NCBI GenBank assembly: GCA_965199495.1
Contig: CBDASK010000003.1
Coordinates: forward strand, 4,512,001 to 4,576,000
Source: Abditibacterium sp.
GTDB taxonomy: Bacteria > Armatimonadota > Abditibacteriia > Abditibacteriales > Abditibacteriaceae
Reading direction: 5' to 3'
Length of the DNA stretch: 64,000 nucleotides
Under the pieces are notes generated by a model. That model worked only from the letters and a program-made list of their open reading frames with translations. It searched no databases and was not told the origin of the DNA. The position numbers and the translations under genes were made by a program. Below are positions 1 to 9,528 of the stretch, piece by piece; the stretch's first letter is position 1, and each line of letters begins with the position of its first letter.

Positions 1-317
1 ATTTTCAGACCGCGCGCTTTGGCTTTTTCGATAATTTCGAGGGCGCCATCGAAAACAGGAATCGGCTCGGCTTTGACCATTTGGAGATAATGTTTTTCCC
101 AGCCGTCGCGAATCGCGTCGCCGTCTTTTTCGTCGGCGCTTGCGCCCAGAATCGCGCCGACGAGCAGGTCGCCGCCTTTGCCGATTTCAATCGCGATGCG
201 GTCGGTCGCGACTTTGTAACCGTTGTCTTCAAATGCGAGGGCGAAAGCGCGCGCGTGGATTAAATTGGTGTCAATCAGAGTTCCGTCGAGGTCGAATAAA
301 AGTGCGTCAAGGGCCAT
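1..317 (-). CDS. HAD-superfamily hydrolase (5' part; runs off the window edge)
   Basis: Manual translation from ATG at 317: MALDALLFDLDGTLIDTNLIHARAF..., HAD motif I DxDGTL. Not in the ORF track because there is no stop inside the window. Confidence 0.85.
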   Translation of the reverse strand, partial: MALDALLFDLDGTLIDTNLIHARAFALAFEDNGYKVATDRIAIEIGKGGDLLVGAILGASADEKDGDAIRDGWEKHYLQMVKAEPIPVFDGALEIIEKAKARGLK

Positions 318-407
318 GAGAAAAAGGATGAGGGATGGAGGCTAAAGAATAAATTTTAGCGGGCGTCGCGAACCGTTTTTGCGGGTCGCGCGTCGAATGA
401 TGCAACA

Positions 408-2288
408 ATGCAAAAGAGAAACCGATTTCGCCCGTTCATCTATGTTTTGGGCGCGGGCGCCGCGCTTCTGACCGGCGCGGGCGCGCTTCAATTTGGCCTG
501 GCGCAGGGCGAAACGCCCGCCGTGGCTGCGGCGCGCGCACCGCAAAACGGGCGTCCACAATACGATTTGCGCGCCGACATAGACGCCGATTTGCTGACGT
601 TTAACGCGACAGCCAACGTGACAGTGCCCGCGCAAGGCGCGCCTCTGAACCAAGCGGTTTTCTTTCTTTATGCCAACGCCGATGGCGTGGGCGGCGCCGG
701 AGCGAACCGCAAAAATCTCAAAGTCGAGAGCGTAAATGTGGACGGCGCGCCTGCGCAGTGGAACTTAAACGGCGCGGTTTTGCGCGTCCATTTGCCCGCG
801 CCGCGCTCGGATGCGTTTGTGGTGAACGTCAATTATAAAGGCGTCGTGCCGCGCTCGGATGGCAAAGACGACGATTTGATGGGCGGCATGATGGGAACCG
901 ATATTTCGGGTTTGCTGGGCGGAATGTTGGGCGGCCAAACCGGCGCCAATCAACCGGCGCCCGCGCCCAAAGCCGATAACACCGATTACGGATTATATAC
1001 CGCCAGTCGCAGCATCGTCAGTCTGGGCGCGTTCTGGTATCCGCAGTTGGCGGTTTTCCAAAACGGCAAATGGGCCGACGATGCGCCCGCCGGATTGGGC
1101 GATGTCGCGTTCGCCGTCAAAAGCGATTATCGCGTTTCCCTCGGCGTGCCCGCCAATTATACCGTCGCCGCGCCCGGTTCTGTTACGCGCGGCGCCGATG
1201 GGCGCGCCCAAATCGTCGCCAACGATGTGCGCGAATGCGCAGTTTTGATGAGTTCGGATTACGTTTCCAAATCGAAAGTCTTCGATGTGGCGGGCAAACC
1301 TGTCAAAGTCGAGGCGTTGGCGCGCCGCGAAAGTGCCGCCAAAATTGACCAAACGCTCGACGTGGCTGGTCACGCCTTGCAGATTTACGCCAAACGATTC
1401 GGGCCGTATCAATTCGACCATTTCAAAGTCGTCGAGGCGCCGATGAAGAGCGGAGCGGGCGGCATGGAATATTCGGGGATGACCGGCATTGCGTCGAGTT
1501 TGTATGGCGATATGGGCGCGCAGTTGGGCGGCATGATGAGTTCGCTCTCGATTCCCGGCGCCGACGAACTGCTCAAAAGTCTGGGCGACGATACATTAGG
1601 CGGCGGCGCGGCGCCCAACGAAAACGCGGGCGAAAATAATCCGGCCAATGGCACGCTCGATATGGTCGGCGGCATTTTGGGCCAGCAAAAAGAGATGCTC
1701 GATTCGCTGCTGGAAACCACGGTCGCCCACGAAGTCGCGCATCAATGGTGGGCGATTGGCGTGGGCAGCGACTCGCAAAAGCATCCGTTCGTGGACGAAA
1801 GCCTGACCAACTGGAGCGCGATGCTTTATTACGAAGATCGCTACGGCAAAGCCAAAGCGCAGCAGATGAGCGATTTGAATTTGAACACCTCGTTTTCGAT
1901 GGGCGCCATGCTGGGCGGCGGCGACAAACCGGCGAATTTGCCGACGGCGGCCTACACCAACAATCTGCAATACGGCGCCGTGATTTACGGCAAAGGCGCG
2001 ATTTATTTCGACAAATTGCGCGCTCTGGTCGGCGACGCGGCGTTCTTTGGCGCGCTGCGCGAATATTACGCCAGGTTCGACGATAAGTTGGCCGGGCCGC
2101 AAGATTTAAAAGCGATTGTCATCGAAAAAGCGCCCGCCAAACGCGTGCAAATCGAGGCGCTTTACACACGTTGGATTGACGAAGCGCACGGCAAAGAAGA
2201 CATCGGCGGCGGCATGATGGGCGGCATGGATTTGGGCGATTTACTCGGCGGCGCGTTGGGCGGTTTGGCGGGCGGCGGCGAAGAGTAG
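408..2288 (+). CDS. Secreted M1-family (gluzincin) metallo-aminopeptidase
   Basis: GGMEY exopeptidase motif, HEVAHQWW followed by downstream E (FVDES), YGKGA motif, N-terminal signal/TM segment. Confidence 0.85.
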   Translation: MQKRNRFRPFIYVLGAGAALLTGAGALQFGLAQGETPAVAAARAPQNGRPQYDLRADIDADLLTFNATANVTVPAQGAPLNQAVFFLYANADGVGGAGANRKNLKVESVNVDGAPAQWNLNGAVLRVHLPAPRSDAFVVNVNYKGVVPRSDGKDDDLMGGMMGTDISGLLGGMLGGQTGANQPAPAPKADNTDYGLYTASRSIVSLGAFWYPQLAVFQNGKWADDAPAGLGDVAFAVKSDYRVSLGVPANYTVAAPGSVTRGADGRAQIVANDVRECAVLMSSDYVSKSKVFDVAGKPVKVEALARRESAAKIDQTLDVAGHALQIYAKRFGPYQFDHFKVVEAPMKSGAGGMEYSGMTGIASSLYGDMGAQLGGMMSSLSIPGADELLKSLGDDTLGGGAAPNENAGENNPANGTLDMVGGILGQQKEMLDSLLETTVAHEVAHQWWAIGVGSDSQKHPFVDESLTNWSAMLYYEDRYGKAKAQQMSDLNLNTSFSMGAMLGGGDKPANLPTAAYTNNLQYGAVIYGKGAIYFDKLRALVGDAAFFGALREYYARFDDKLAGPQDLKAIVIEKAPAKRVQIEALYTRWIDEAHGKEDIGGGMMGGMDLGDLLGGALGGLAGGGEE

Positions 2289-2319
2289 CGACAGCAGCCA
2301 CGGCGAGCAGATATTCCGC

Positions 2320-3111
2320 TCACTTTTCGAGTTGGCGCCAGCGCATAATGGACATCGGCTGATTGAACCACGCATTGCGCGTTGGCGTTTTGACTTGGAT
2401 GACGCGATCCCCATAAAGTGCATTGGGGTCGGCTTCGATCCAAGTTTGATTTCCGATGTAGGCCACGACGTGAACGCCACTCGATGTAACAGCGATGTCG
2501 CCGGGCCGAATCGCTGAATAATCCAGATGATTGAGATCGGGCACCGCGAACAAAAACCGTGTTCTACCCTGATACTCTTCCTTGAGAGCTTTGGCGGAGC
2601 TATCGTTCCACCACAGCGAAAAACCTGCGCGAATCGCCGCCGGATTGAACGTGGTCAAACCCTGCTTCACATTGGCGTCAATGAGCGCGCACCGCATCAA
2701 GCCGGAACAGTCAATGCCACGCTTGCTTTCGCCGCCCCAAACGTAAGGCGTGCCGTCGTAATCTTGGAGCGCACGAACGTATTCCTGTCGAAGAATTTGC
2801 GGATTGACGGAGCGCGCGGGCAATAGCAGAAAACCCGCAAAAAGGCCGGAAGCGGCTAAAATGACTCGCTTGGCGATTTTATGTTTCCACAACAGACACA
2901 AAGCGCCCAACCACAAAAATGAGACGCCGACGACGAGAAAAAGACGCAAAGTGCCGAATCGAATTGGATACCAATGAACTGCCACAACCAGCAGCAAAAG
3001 GAGTAGCCACAGGATAAATCCCAGCTTTCTCCAACCTAAATTTCGCCGCGATTGGTTCGTGTTCACAGAATAAAAGTGTATCGAATTTCCAGCGTAACTT
3101 CGCTTCTGCAT
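2320..3111 (-). CDS. Membrane-anchored NlpC/P60 family protein
   Basis: GTPYVWGG...GIDCSG, PGD, HVVAY motifs; three N-terminal hydrophobic helices. Confidence 0.8.
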   Translation of the reverse strand: MQKRSYAGNSIHFYSVNTNQSRRNLGWRKLGFILWLLLLLLVVAVHWYPIRFGTLRLFLVVGVSFLWLGALCLLWKHKIAKRVILAASGLFAGFLLLPARSVNPQILRQEYVRALQDYDGTPYVWGGESKRGIDCSGLMRCALIDANVKQGLTTFNPAAIRAGFSLWWNDSSAKALKEEYQGRTRFLFAVPDLNHLDYSAIRPGDIAVTSSGVHVVAYIGNQTWIEADPNALYGDRVIQVKTPTRNAWFNQPMSIMRWRQLEK

Positions 3112-3116
3112 TTCTT

Positions 3117-3584
3117 CTATCTCACTTTCGTATTTTTAGACATTTGGAATGCCGCTCTTCGCGTGGGTTTGATTTCTATATTTCGGCTTTTTACTTGGGC
3201 ATCGAAAAACTCAATCCCCTGTTTTTCATCTTTTGTCGCCCATAACATTGTTCCCGGAATCGCCAATCTTTTGTTAGCGCCATGTAAAACCATAGCGCGT
3301 CCTTGGTGCCTCGGCTTCTGGAAAATTTCAAGTGTTTCTACTTCATCCCAATTCATTCGCCATTTGCCTAAAATCGCTGTGACACGGATAAATTCTGTAT
3401 TCATTTCTACCGGGCCAAGAAACAAAATCGGATAAAGACCTACTGCCGCGAAGAGAAAAAACAAAAGTGATAATCCGTGCGAGCCATTTCGCCAATTTCC
3501 AAGGGCGGAAAAGCCAAAAAAGACGATGATAATCCAACCCTGATATTTGGGGTAACTTTCCAGATGGACTTTTAGTGGAATCAT
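3117..3584 (-). CDS. Hypothetical membrane protein (two TM helices plus soluble domain)
   Basis: 155-aa ORF, low GC, co-oriented with neighbours. Confidence 0.55.
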   Translation of the reverse strand: MIPLKVHLESYPKYQGWIIIVFFGFSALGNWRNGSHGLSLLFFLFAAVGLYPILFLGPVEMNTEFIRVTAILGKWRMNWDEVETLEIFQKPRHQGRAMVLHGANKRLAIPGTMLWATKDEKQGIEFFDAQVKSRNIEIKPTRRAAFQMSKNTKVR

Positions 3585-3631
3585 TTAAGATGTAATTTTA
3601 ACCGATAGATTAATGTTATCCGTCCAAATGT

Positions 3632-4204
3632 TCAACGAGAATCACACTTGCTCCAACACCATTGCAGGAATCGCGTTACTCCCCTATTTCCACTGCGATG
3701 AGCATAGACTGCCATTCGCAGACCAATCCAAGCCCAGGCAGACATTGCCAGAATACTCACGGATAAAGTTAATAGACTTGTTGCTAAATAACCGGGAGGA
3801 AGAGATTTTCCCATGTGTGTGTCGCGCCACAATACACCCAAGAAAACTGCGCCAACGGGGAAAAGCGCAACCATAAACTTATTGAATATTACTTTGCAAG
3901 CCTGGTATAAATCGGCAAATACAGTCAAATTTTTATTATTGGGAAGACAATTATACATCGCTGCGCTGAGACAAGCGCACAGAGGCAACACAACCCAAAG
4001 CAAATAGACAGTGGCCAATAAAAGTATTCTTCGGTCGTTATCGGCAATAAAACCCAATACATCAAGAATAAGTATAAAAAGAAAAAAGGAAATGCCCAAC
4101 CACGCGCCTATAGCTCTTGTGCTGAAACGAAATACAATTTCCGCTGTTCCCGCAGGAGTGGCGTTGTTTTTATCGTATACAATTCGTCGGGTAATTTTAT
4201 TCAT
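3632..4204 (-). CDS. Hypothetical multi-pass membrane protein
   Basis: 190-aa ORF with about four hydrophobic segments, low GC. Confidence 0.55.
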   Translation of the reverse strand: MNKITRRIVYDKNNATPAGTAEIVFRFSTRAIGAWLGISFFLFILILDVLGFIADNDRRILLLATVYLLWVVLPLCACLSAAMYNCLPNNKNLTVFADLYQACKVIFNKFMVALFPVGAVFLGVLWRDTHMGKSLPPGYLATSLLTLSVSILAMSAWAWIGLRMAVYAHRSGNRGVTRFLQWCWSKCDSR

Positions 4205-4222
4205 GAGAATGCTTCAAATTTA

Positions 4223-4630
4223 TTATCTACCCAAAAACAGCGTCTTCCAGAACTTTTTTGGGTCTTTTTCATAATCCTGACGGATTTGCGCCCAGAGCCA
4301 CTTTGGACGCATGAGAGCACCAAGCAATAGCCAGAAAATATAAAGCACGAAACCGGATGTAGGCACCAAAATCATGAGGGACGCTATGAGGGCGATATCA
4401 TCCAAATGGAACTGAAAACAGAGCATCGGGATAACGATCAGCGACTCTAAACCGATGAGCGCCCAAAAGCTGCGTTTATCCTCTCGCCGACTTACGCCGG
4501 TATGACGATACATCGCTTTTCCAGTAACAATTTGAATTACAATCCAGACAGCGAGAATATCTCCGATGTAGAGATAGGAATTAGAGATCATAACTTTTTT
4601 GAGAAAACGAACTCTTGCGCGATGTTTCAA
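4223..4630 (-). CDS. Hypothetical membrane protein (alternative ATG at 4591)
   Basis: Hydrophobic ORF in the same low-GC co-oriented run. Confidence 0.5.
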   Translation of the reverse strand: MKHRARVRFLKKVMISNSYLYIGDILAVWIVIQIVTGKAMYRHTGVSRREDKRSFWALIGLESLIVIPMLCFQFHLDDIALIASLMILVPTSGFVLYIFWLLLGALMRPKWLWAQIRQDYEKDPKKFWKTLFLGR

Positions 4631-4636
4631 TCGCGC

Positions 4637-6364
4637 CTACTTCGGTACTGCCGTCGCTGGCGCCGCAACCGCGACAGCAGCCACGGCGGGCGCGGCGCCG
4701 ATATAAAATGGGAAATGCGCGGTTTCGCTCCACTTTCCCGCGCCATCGCGGGCGCGCACATGTAGCCACCACAATCCGCTTTTTCCGGCGAGTGGGATTT
4801 CTAACTCGGCGCCACTTCGCGTGGTTTCGTCGGGCATCGTGTCGGGTTTTTGATCCAAAACATACGAGACGCCCGTCAGTCCGCTCAAATCTCGATTGTC
4901 AACTTTGGCTTTGAGCGTGCCTTCGACGCGCGGCGCTGGGCGCCAATCGTCGATCCACAGTTGAACGCCGCGCGCGTTGCCCGTCCATCCAGCGTCGGAA
5001 AATTGGATGTTCGATAGTTTGAAATCGGTCGCATCGGGTTGGGCTTTTTGCAAGCTCGCCAGCAGATCAACCGTCGCGAGGTGCCACTGCGAATCGGCTT
5101 TGACATCGGCGATGGTCGCGACGCGGACGTTGGGATTATCGCGGTCGAGGAAGCGAATCGAATAGGGTTTGCCGCCCCAGTTGAAAGTCAAATCGGCTCG
5201 CACGCGGTCGTCGGTGCGGTAGGCGAAAGTCAAAACCGGAAATTGGGCCGCGTCTAAAATCGTTTTGCTCAGGCCCGCGCGAAACGGCGAGGCGGTGATT
5301 TTGTTGGTCAGTCGCAAACTGCGCGCACCCGTGGCTGCTGTGCTATCGTCGCTTTCGATATACGCGCTGTTATCATCCGATTGCCACGGCGCGGGCGAGC
5401 CAAACTCCATGTCGTTCCATGCAGCCACGGTGGCGCCATTGATTTTCAGCGTCGGCAACGGCGGCGCGGCTAATTCGGCATAGTTCAGCGTGACTGCGCC
5501 ATTGGCGACGGGTGCATCGGCGCGCGTCAGTCTCCAACCCACGCTTTGCCCGTCTTTGAGCGCGACGTCGTTATTTGCGCCGACATCGGCGATTAAACCG
5601 ACATCGGGCACCAGAAATTGCTGTGCGTTTTCAATCTTCGTGACACCTTCAATTTCTAATTTGAGATTATCAAAATTGAAATTCGATAAATCTCCCATTG
5701 GCAAGATGAATTTTTGGCCTTCCCAACGCGCCGGGCCGAACTGCGGGGTTTCATCGCGGTGTTCCAATTGCAAATCGTCCATTTGCCAATTGGCGCCCGG
5801 CCCGTTGCCGCCGATGCCCGCCATCAGATAACCGGTATTGTCCCAGTTGCCGATCAAAATCTCATCAATCGTCACGGTTTTGGCGTCGGGCAAAACGCTG
5901 CGCAACCAACCTCGCAGCGGGATATGCGCGCGCTTCCATCCGTCTTTGCCCGCGCCAATTTGAACGTCGCCCAGCAAAATCGCGCCGGGCCGCACGCCAG
6001 TTGGGCCGAGAAAATGAACGCCGTAGTAGTTGCCGTTGGCGCGAAAAAACCAGTTGATTTTTGTATCGGGCGACGCCTTGAAATCGAAAGTTAAATCGGT
6101 GATTTGGTCAACGTCGAGCGGTGTGATATTCAATTGAACGCCAAACGAACCGGGCGAGCGATTGACGATATTGAGCGCGCCGTTATCGAGCGCGACTTCG
6201 GCGCCCGAAGCCACGCCGCCGGGCGCGGCATAAGAGGAAACAATTTTGAGATCGTCGGGTTTGGAGAAATCAACGACGCGCGGTTGCATTGCGGCGGGCG
6301 GCGTGGCTGGAGTTTGGGCGAAGGCGGGAGCGGAGAATAAAAGGACGAGGAAAACGGGGCGCAC
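4637..6364 (-). CDS. Secreted hypothetical protein with two putative carbohydrate-binding (beta-sandwich) modules
   Basis: Signal peptide from GTG 6364 (VRPVFLVLLFSAPAFAQ); internally repeated W..a.i.L ... W.DD pattern typical of CBM-like jelly rolls. Confidence 0.55.
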   Translation of the reverse strand: MRPVFLVLLFSAPAFAQTPATPPAAMQPRVVDFSKPDDLKIVSSYAAPGGVASGAEVALDNGALNIVNRSPGSFGVQLNITPLDVDQITDLTFDFKASPDTKINWFFRANGNYYGVHFLGPTGVRPGAILLGDVQIGAGKDGWKRAHIPLRGWLRSVLPDAKTVTIDEILIGNWDNTGYLMAGIGGNGPGANWQMDDLQLEHRDETPQFGPARWEGQKFILPMGDLSNFNFDNLKLEIEGVTKIENAQQFLVPDVGLIADVGANNDVALKDGQSVGWRLTRADAPVANGAVTLNYAELAAPPLPTLKINGATVAAWNDMEFGSPAPWQSDDNSAYIESDDSTAATGARSLRLTNKITASPFRAGLSKTILDAAQFPVLTFAYRTDDRVRADLTFNWGGKPYSIRFLDRDNPNVRVATIADVKADSQWHLATVDLLASLQKAQPDATDFKLSNIQFSDAGWTGNARGVQLWIDDWRPAPRVEGTLKAKVDNRDLSGLTGVSYVLDQKPDTMPDETTRSGAELEIPLAGKSGLWWLHVRARDGAGKWSETAHFPFYIGAAPAVAAVAVAAPATAVPK

Positions 6365-6430
6365 GGGAAAGTTAGAAGCGATTGAAGCCGCGCGAGTTCC
6401 GGCGTTGCAGATTTCGTAGCAAATGTTCGT

Positions 6431-6481
6431 GCGAAGTAAGTCGGAGTTGCGCTGCATTTGGACAACTCCGACTTACTTCGC
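6431..6481. repeat. Intergenic inverted repeat (19-bp arms)
   Basis: GCGAAGTAAGTCGGAGTTG ... CAACTCCGACTTACTTCGC. Confidence 0.8.
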
Positions 6482-6510
6482 CCCACATTAATTTACCACC
6501 ACAAAACCAA

Positions 6511-6546
6511 TAAGCGCCCCGCGATTTTCATCGTGAGGCGCTTTTA
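6511..6546 (-). terminator. Probable intrinsic terminator after the metalloprotease gene
   Basis: AAGCGCC-CCGCGAT...ATCGTGA-GGCGCTT hairpin 10 bp past the stop codon. Confidence 0.5.
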
Positions 6547-6556
6547 TTCTCACGAA

Positions 6557-9298
6557 CTAATCCATTTTTTTGGTCAACGCCAGGTCAATGCGGCGAATCG
6601 AATCGGCGAATAGCAAGCGCGACATCGCGTCGGGCGACGATTTGCGTGGCGCAGTCAACTGCTTTTTGAGCGTCTGCAGTTCGCTGAACGCCAGGCGCCG
6701 GGCGTCGCCGGGCATCGCGGTTTTTTCGGTCACAATCGCGACCATGATGTCCACGTAATCCTCGGCTAAATCGCGCTGTAAGGCGGTAAAAGCCGCGCTT
6801 GGTTTGAGGTCGCCCCACACCGATTTGCGCACCGTCGGGAACAGTTCGGAAAGTGGCAAAACCTGACCGGGAAATTTCCATTCGCCGTTGCTAATGCGCG
6901 TGATGCGCGAACCAGTCAGCAGACTGGCCAAGACGCCACCGCGCAAACTGGAAATCTGATCGCGAATCGGGAAGGCGTTGGCCGCGCCCGCGTCGCCGAA
7001 ATTATACGGATCGGGCGCGGTTTTGTTGAGATACGCTTCGGGAATATTAAACGCATCGGGCGCGAAAATCTCGCTTCCGATAATTTTCAAAGCGCGCCGT
7101 TGCTGCGACAACGGCACCGGGCTGAAAGGTTGATCAGTGTTTTTGCCGCCCTTGACCACGCGGCGCACGCGAAAACCGCCGACGTAACGCGCCGCGATGT
7201 TCGCGTCGCGCGCTTTGGCACGAATCAGACTGTTCAATCGCTGCGTGAAACGCACGTAAGTCTCGCCCGCTTTCGGCTGGTTTTTGCCCAAGTCCGCCAA
7301 CAGTTTGCGCGTCACGCCCAGCGAAGCCTCGGCGTAAGTCAACGGGTCGCTCGACAAATCGTAGCGCGCGATGGTCGGGTCGTAGTTGTCGGCCAGACTG
7401 TCCTCGTTGTAGGCGTGGCCGGGCAGATACGACTCGGCGGCGATTTTTTTCAAAGCCGGAATTTGCTCGGCGGGCGTCTGCGCTTTGATCGGCGTGTAAC
7501 CGTATTTAATCGCCCAGTAATCGTAGGTGCCGGGGCCGGTCGCGAACAGTTTGGCGCCGGTTTTGAGGCCAAACACGTTGAAGCCGACATAATCCATTAC
7601 CGAAGACGAAATGCCCTGCGCGGCGACCAGCTTCGGGTCGGCCAACTGCGCGGGCGTGTGATACATCGAAGCGATAAAATTGTGACGCAAACCCAAGATA
7701 TGCCCAAATTCGTGCGTAACGACGCCGCGCAGCAAATCATTCACATATTTTTCGTCCTGAAAACGCGGGTCGGACATCTGCTCGGTCAAATCGCAGATTT
7801 CGTTGGTGCCGGTTGGCGCGGCGATTTTGGTTTGGCCCAATGGGTTGACGACATCAATTTTCTCGCGATAGCCCACGCGCGCCCAGTTGGAATCCACGGT
7901 AATCGAGGCGTTGATAATTTCGCCGGTGAGCGGATTTTCGCGCAGCAACGCGACCGCCGAAGCGCCTCCGTCGCTGGGCGGCACGGCAGTCCAGCGAATC
8001 GTGTTGAAGCGCATATCGGCGTGATCGTAGCCAGCCACGCCCTCGGCATCGCGCACCACGATGGCGCCGACATAACCCAACCGGTCGAACGGCTTGTTCC
8101 ACGCCAGAATCGCCTCGCGCACGATTTTGCGATATTTCTGCGGCACGCTGGTGTCAATATAAAACACAATCGGCTGCGTCGGCGGCGAAACGCGCGCAGT
8201 CGGATCGGCGCGGCGCAGGTTCCATCGGTTGATATAAGTCACGCGCGGATCGGCGGCGGCTTCGTTATCGAACGACTCGAAACCGGTGCGGCCAGCCGAC
8301 AATTGGCCGTTGATGAAATAACCAACGCGCGGATCGGCGGGCCGTGGCTGGTAGGTGCCCTTGTCCGAAATTCCGTAAAGATTGAAGACGACTTTGAGCG
8401 GCAACGAGCGTCCATCGGCGAGCGTGTTTTTATCGTTTTTGTCGCTGGTGCCCGCGCGCTTATAGGAAAAATTGGTCTCGACCACCATGTTGAGCGGAAA
8501 GTTTTTAACCGAATCGTTGAAGGTCAAAGTTGGATCGAGCAGATAAGAGTTTTGGGTTTCTTTGTCGGCGCCCTCGGCGATAAACGCCGTGTTGAGGCCA
8601 GTAATCGAGCCGTCGAAGAAACTGGAAAAATCAATGAGGACGGTTTTCTTTTCGTCGTCTTTGGCGAGAATCGGGAAATCTTCGAGATAGGCTTCGGGAA
8701 AATCGCGCGCGACGGCCTGTTTGAGATTCGGGTCGGTCGAGCGATACCAGACGTTGGGCGCAGCCACGAGCAAGCGGTCGTCGGGCGTGCGCTCCCATTT
8801 CCAGATCAGATCGCGCGCCGGACGCCCCGCCGCGACGATGCCCGCCGCGCCCGTCGCGAAAGTGGACTGCAACATATAAAGCGGCCCAATTTGCGATTCG
8901 CGCACTTCGGCGTAAACTTTCTGTTTGTTGCTGACGACTTTGCGATAAAGCGTGAACAGGCCGTCGTCTTTTTCGTAGCCCTTGGTCAGTTCGGCGATGG
9001 TTTTGGGTTTGGGTTCGGGCTTTTCGGTCGGTTCGGGCGTTGGCGTCACGGGCACTTTGGCGTCTTTGCCATCGCCCGCAGGCAAACCGTCCTGTATCTT
9101 GGGCGCGGGCGTATCGCCGCCGCCCGGCTCTTTGGGTGTCGGAGTCGGAATCGGAATCGGATCGCCGGGTTTGGGCGTCGGAACGGGAACTGGCGGAACC
9201 GGGCCGGGCGGCACGGGAGCCGGTGGCTGCTGCGCCAAGGCTGGCGAAATCGCGCAAACCAGCAACGCTCCGGCAAGGAGAGAATGGAATTTCATCAT
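6557..9298 (-). CDS. Secreted zinc-dependent metalloprotease (DUF5117/DUF5118/Met-zincin architecture)
   Basis: HEFGHILGLRHNF zinc motif, SVMDY Met-turn, DPRVGYF motif, signal peptide and Pro-rich linker. Confidence 0.85.
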   Translation of the reverse strand: MMKFHSLLAGALLVCAISPALAQQPPAPVPPGPVPPVPVPTPKPGDPIPIPTPTPKEPGGGDTPAPKIQDGLPAGDGKDAKVPVTPTPEPTEKPEPKPKTIAELTKGYEKDDGLFTLYRKVVSNKQKVYAEVRESQIGPLYMLQSTFATGAAGIVAAGRPARDLIWKWERTPDDRLLVAAPNVWYRSTDPNLKQAVARDFPEAYLEDFPILAKDDEKKTVLIDFSSFFDGSITGLNTAFIAEGADKETQNSYLLDPTLTFNDSVKNFPLNMVVETNFSYKRAGTSDKNDKNTLADGRSLPLKVVFNLYGISDKGTYQPRPADPRVGYFINGQLSAGRTGFESFDNEAAADPRVTYINRWNLRRADPTARVSPPTQPIVFYIDTSVPQKYRKIVREAILAWNKPFDRLGYVGAIVVRDAEGVAGYDHADMRFNTIRWTAVPPSDGGASAVALLRENPLTGEIINASITVDSNWARVGYREKIDVVNPLGQTKIAAPTGTNEICDLTEQMSDPRFQDEKYVNDLLRGVVTHEFGHILGLRHNFIASMYHTPAQLADPKLVAAQGISSSVMDYVGFNVFGLKTGAKLFATGPGTYDYWAIKYGYTPIKAQTPAEQIPALKKIAAESYLPGHAYNEDSLADNYDPTIARYDLSSDPLTYAEASLGVTRKLLADLGKNQPKAGETYVRFTQRLNSLIRAKARDANIAARYVGGFRVRRVVKGGKNTDQPFSPVPLSQQRRALKIIGSEIFAPDAFNIPEAYLNKTAPDPYNFGDAGAANAFPIRDQISSLRGGVLASLLTGSRITRISNGEWKFPGQVLPLSELFPTVRKSVWGDLKPSAAFTALQRDLAEDYVDIMVAIVTEKTAMPGDARRLAFSELQTLKKQLTAPRKSSPDAMSRLLFADSIRRIDLALTKKMD

Positions 9299-9528
9299 CA
9301 AAAGCAACAAAAAGAAGCGGAGCAACGCGCGTGGGTTGCCCTCTCCGTGTGAGGAATTGGTTTACAGTTTTCATCTCGCGAATTCAACCCACGCAAAAGG
9401 TAAAATCGCGCCAATTATTGAGATGCGCACGCCGATGCTATCATTGGCTTCGACAGTTAAGTTTGACGGCTGAAAGAAGTCTTATAACGATTCAGCAATT
9501 GTAAGTAAACTCTAACGCGCCCCATCCC

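Noticed and set aside
7100..9352. 750-aa plus-strand ORF and other long antisense ORFs (e.g. 10669..11568, 20265..21179, 53642..54535)
   Set aside because: Shadow frames opposite well-supported genes, expected from GC-rich codon bias; no recognisable motifs.
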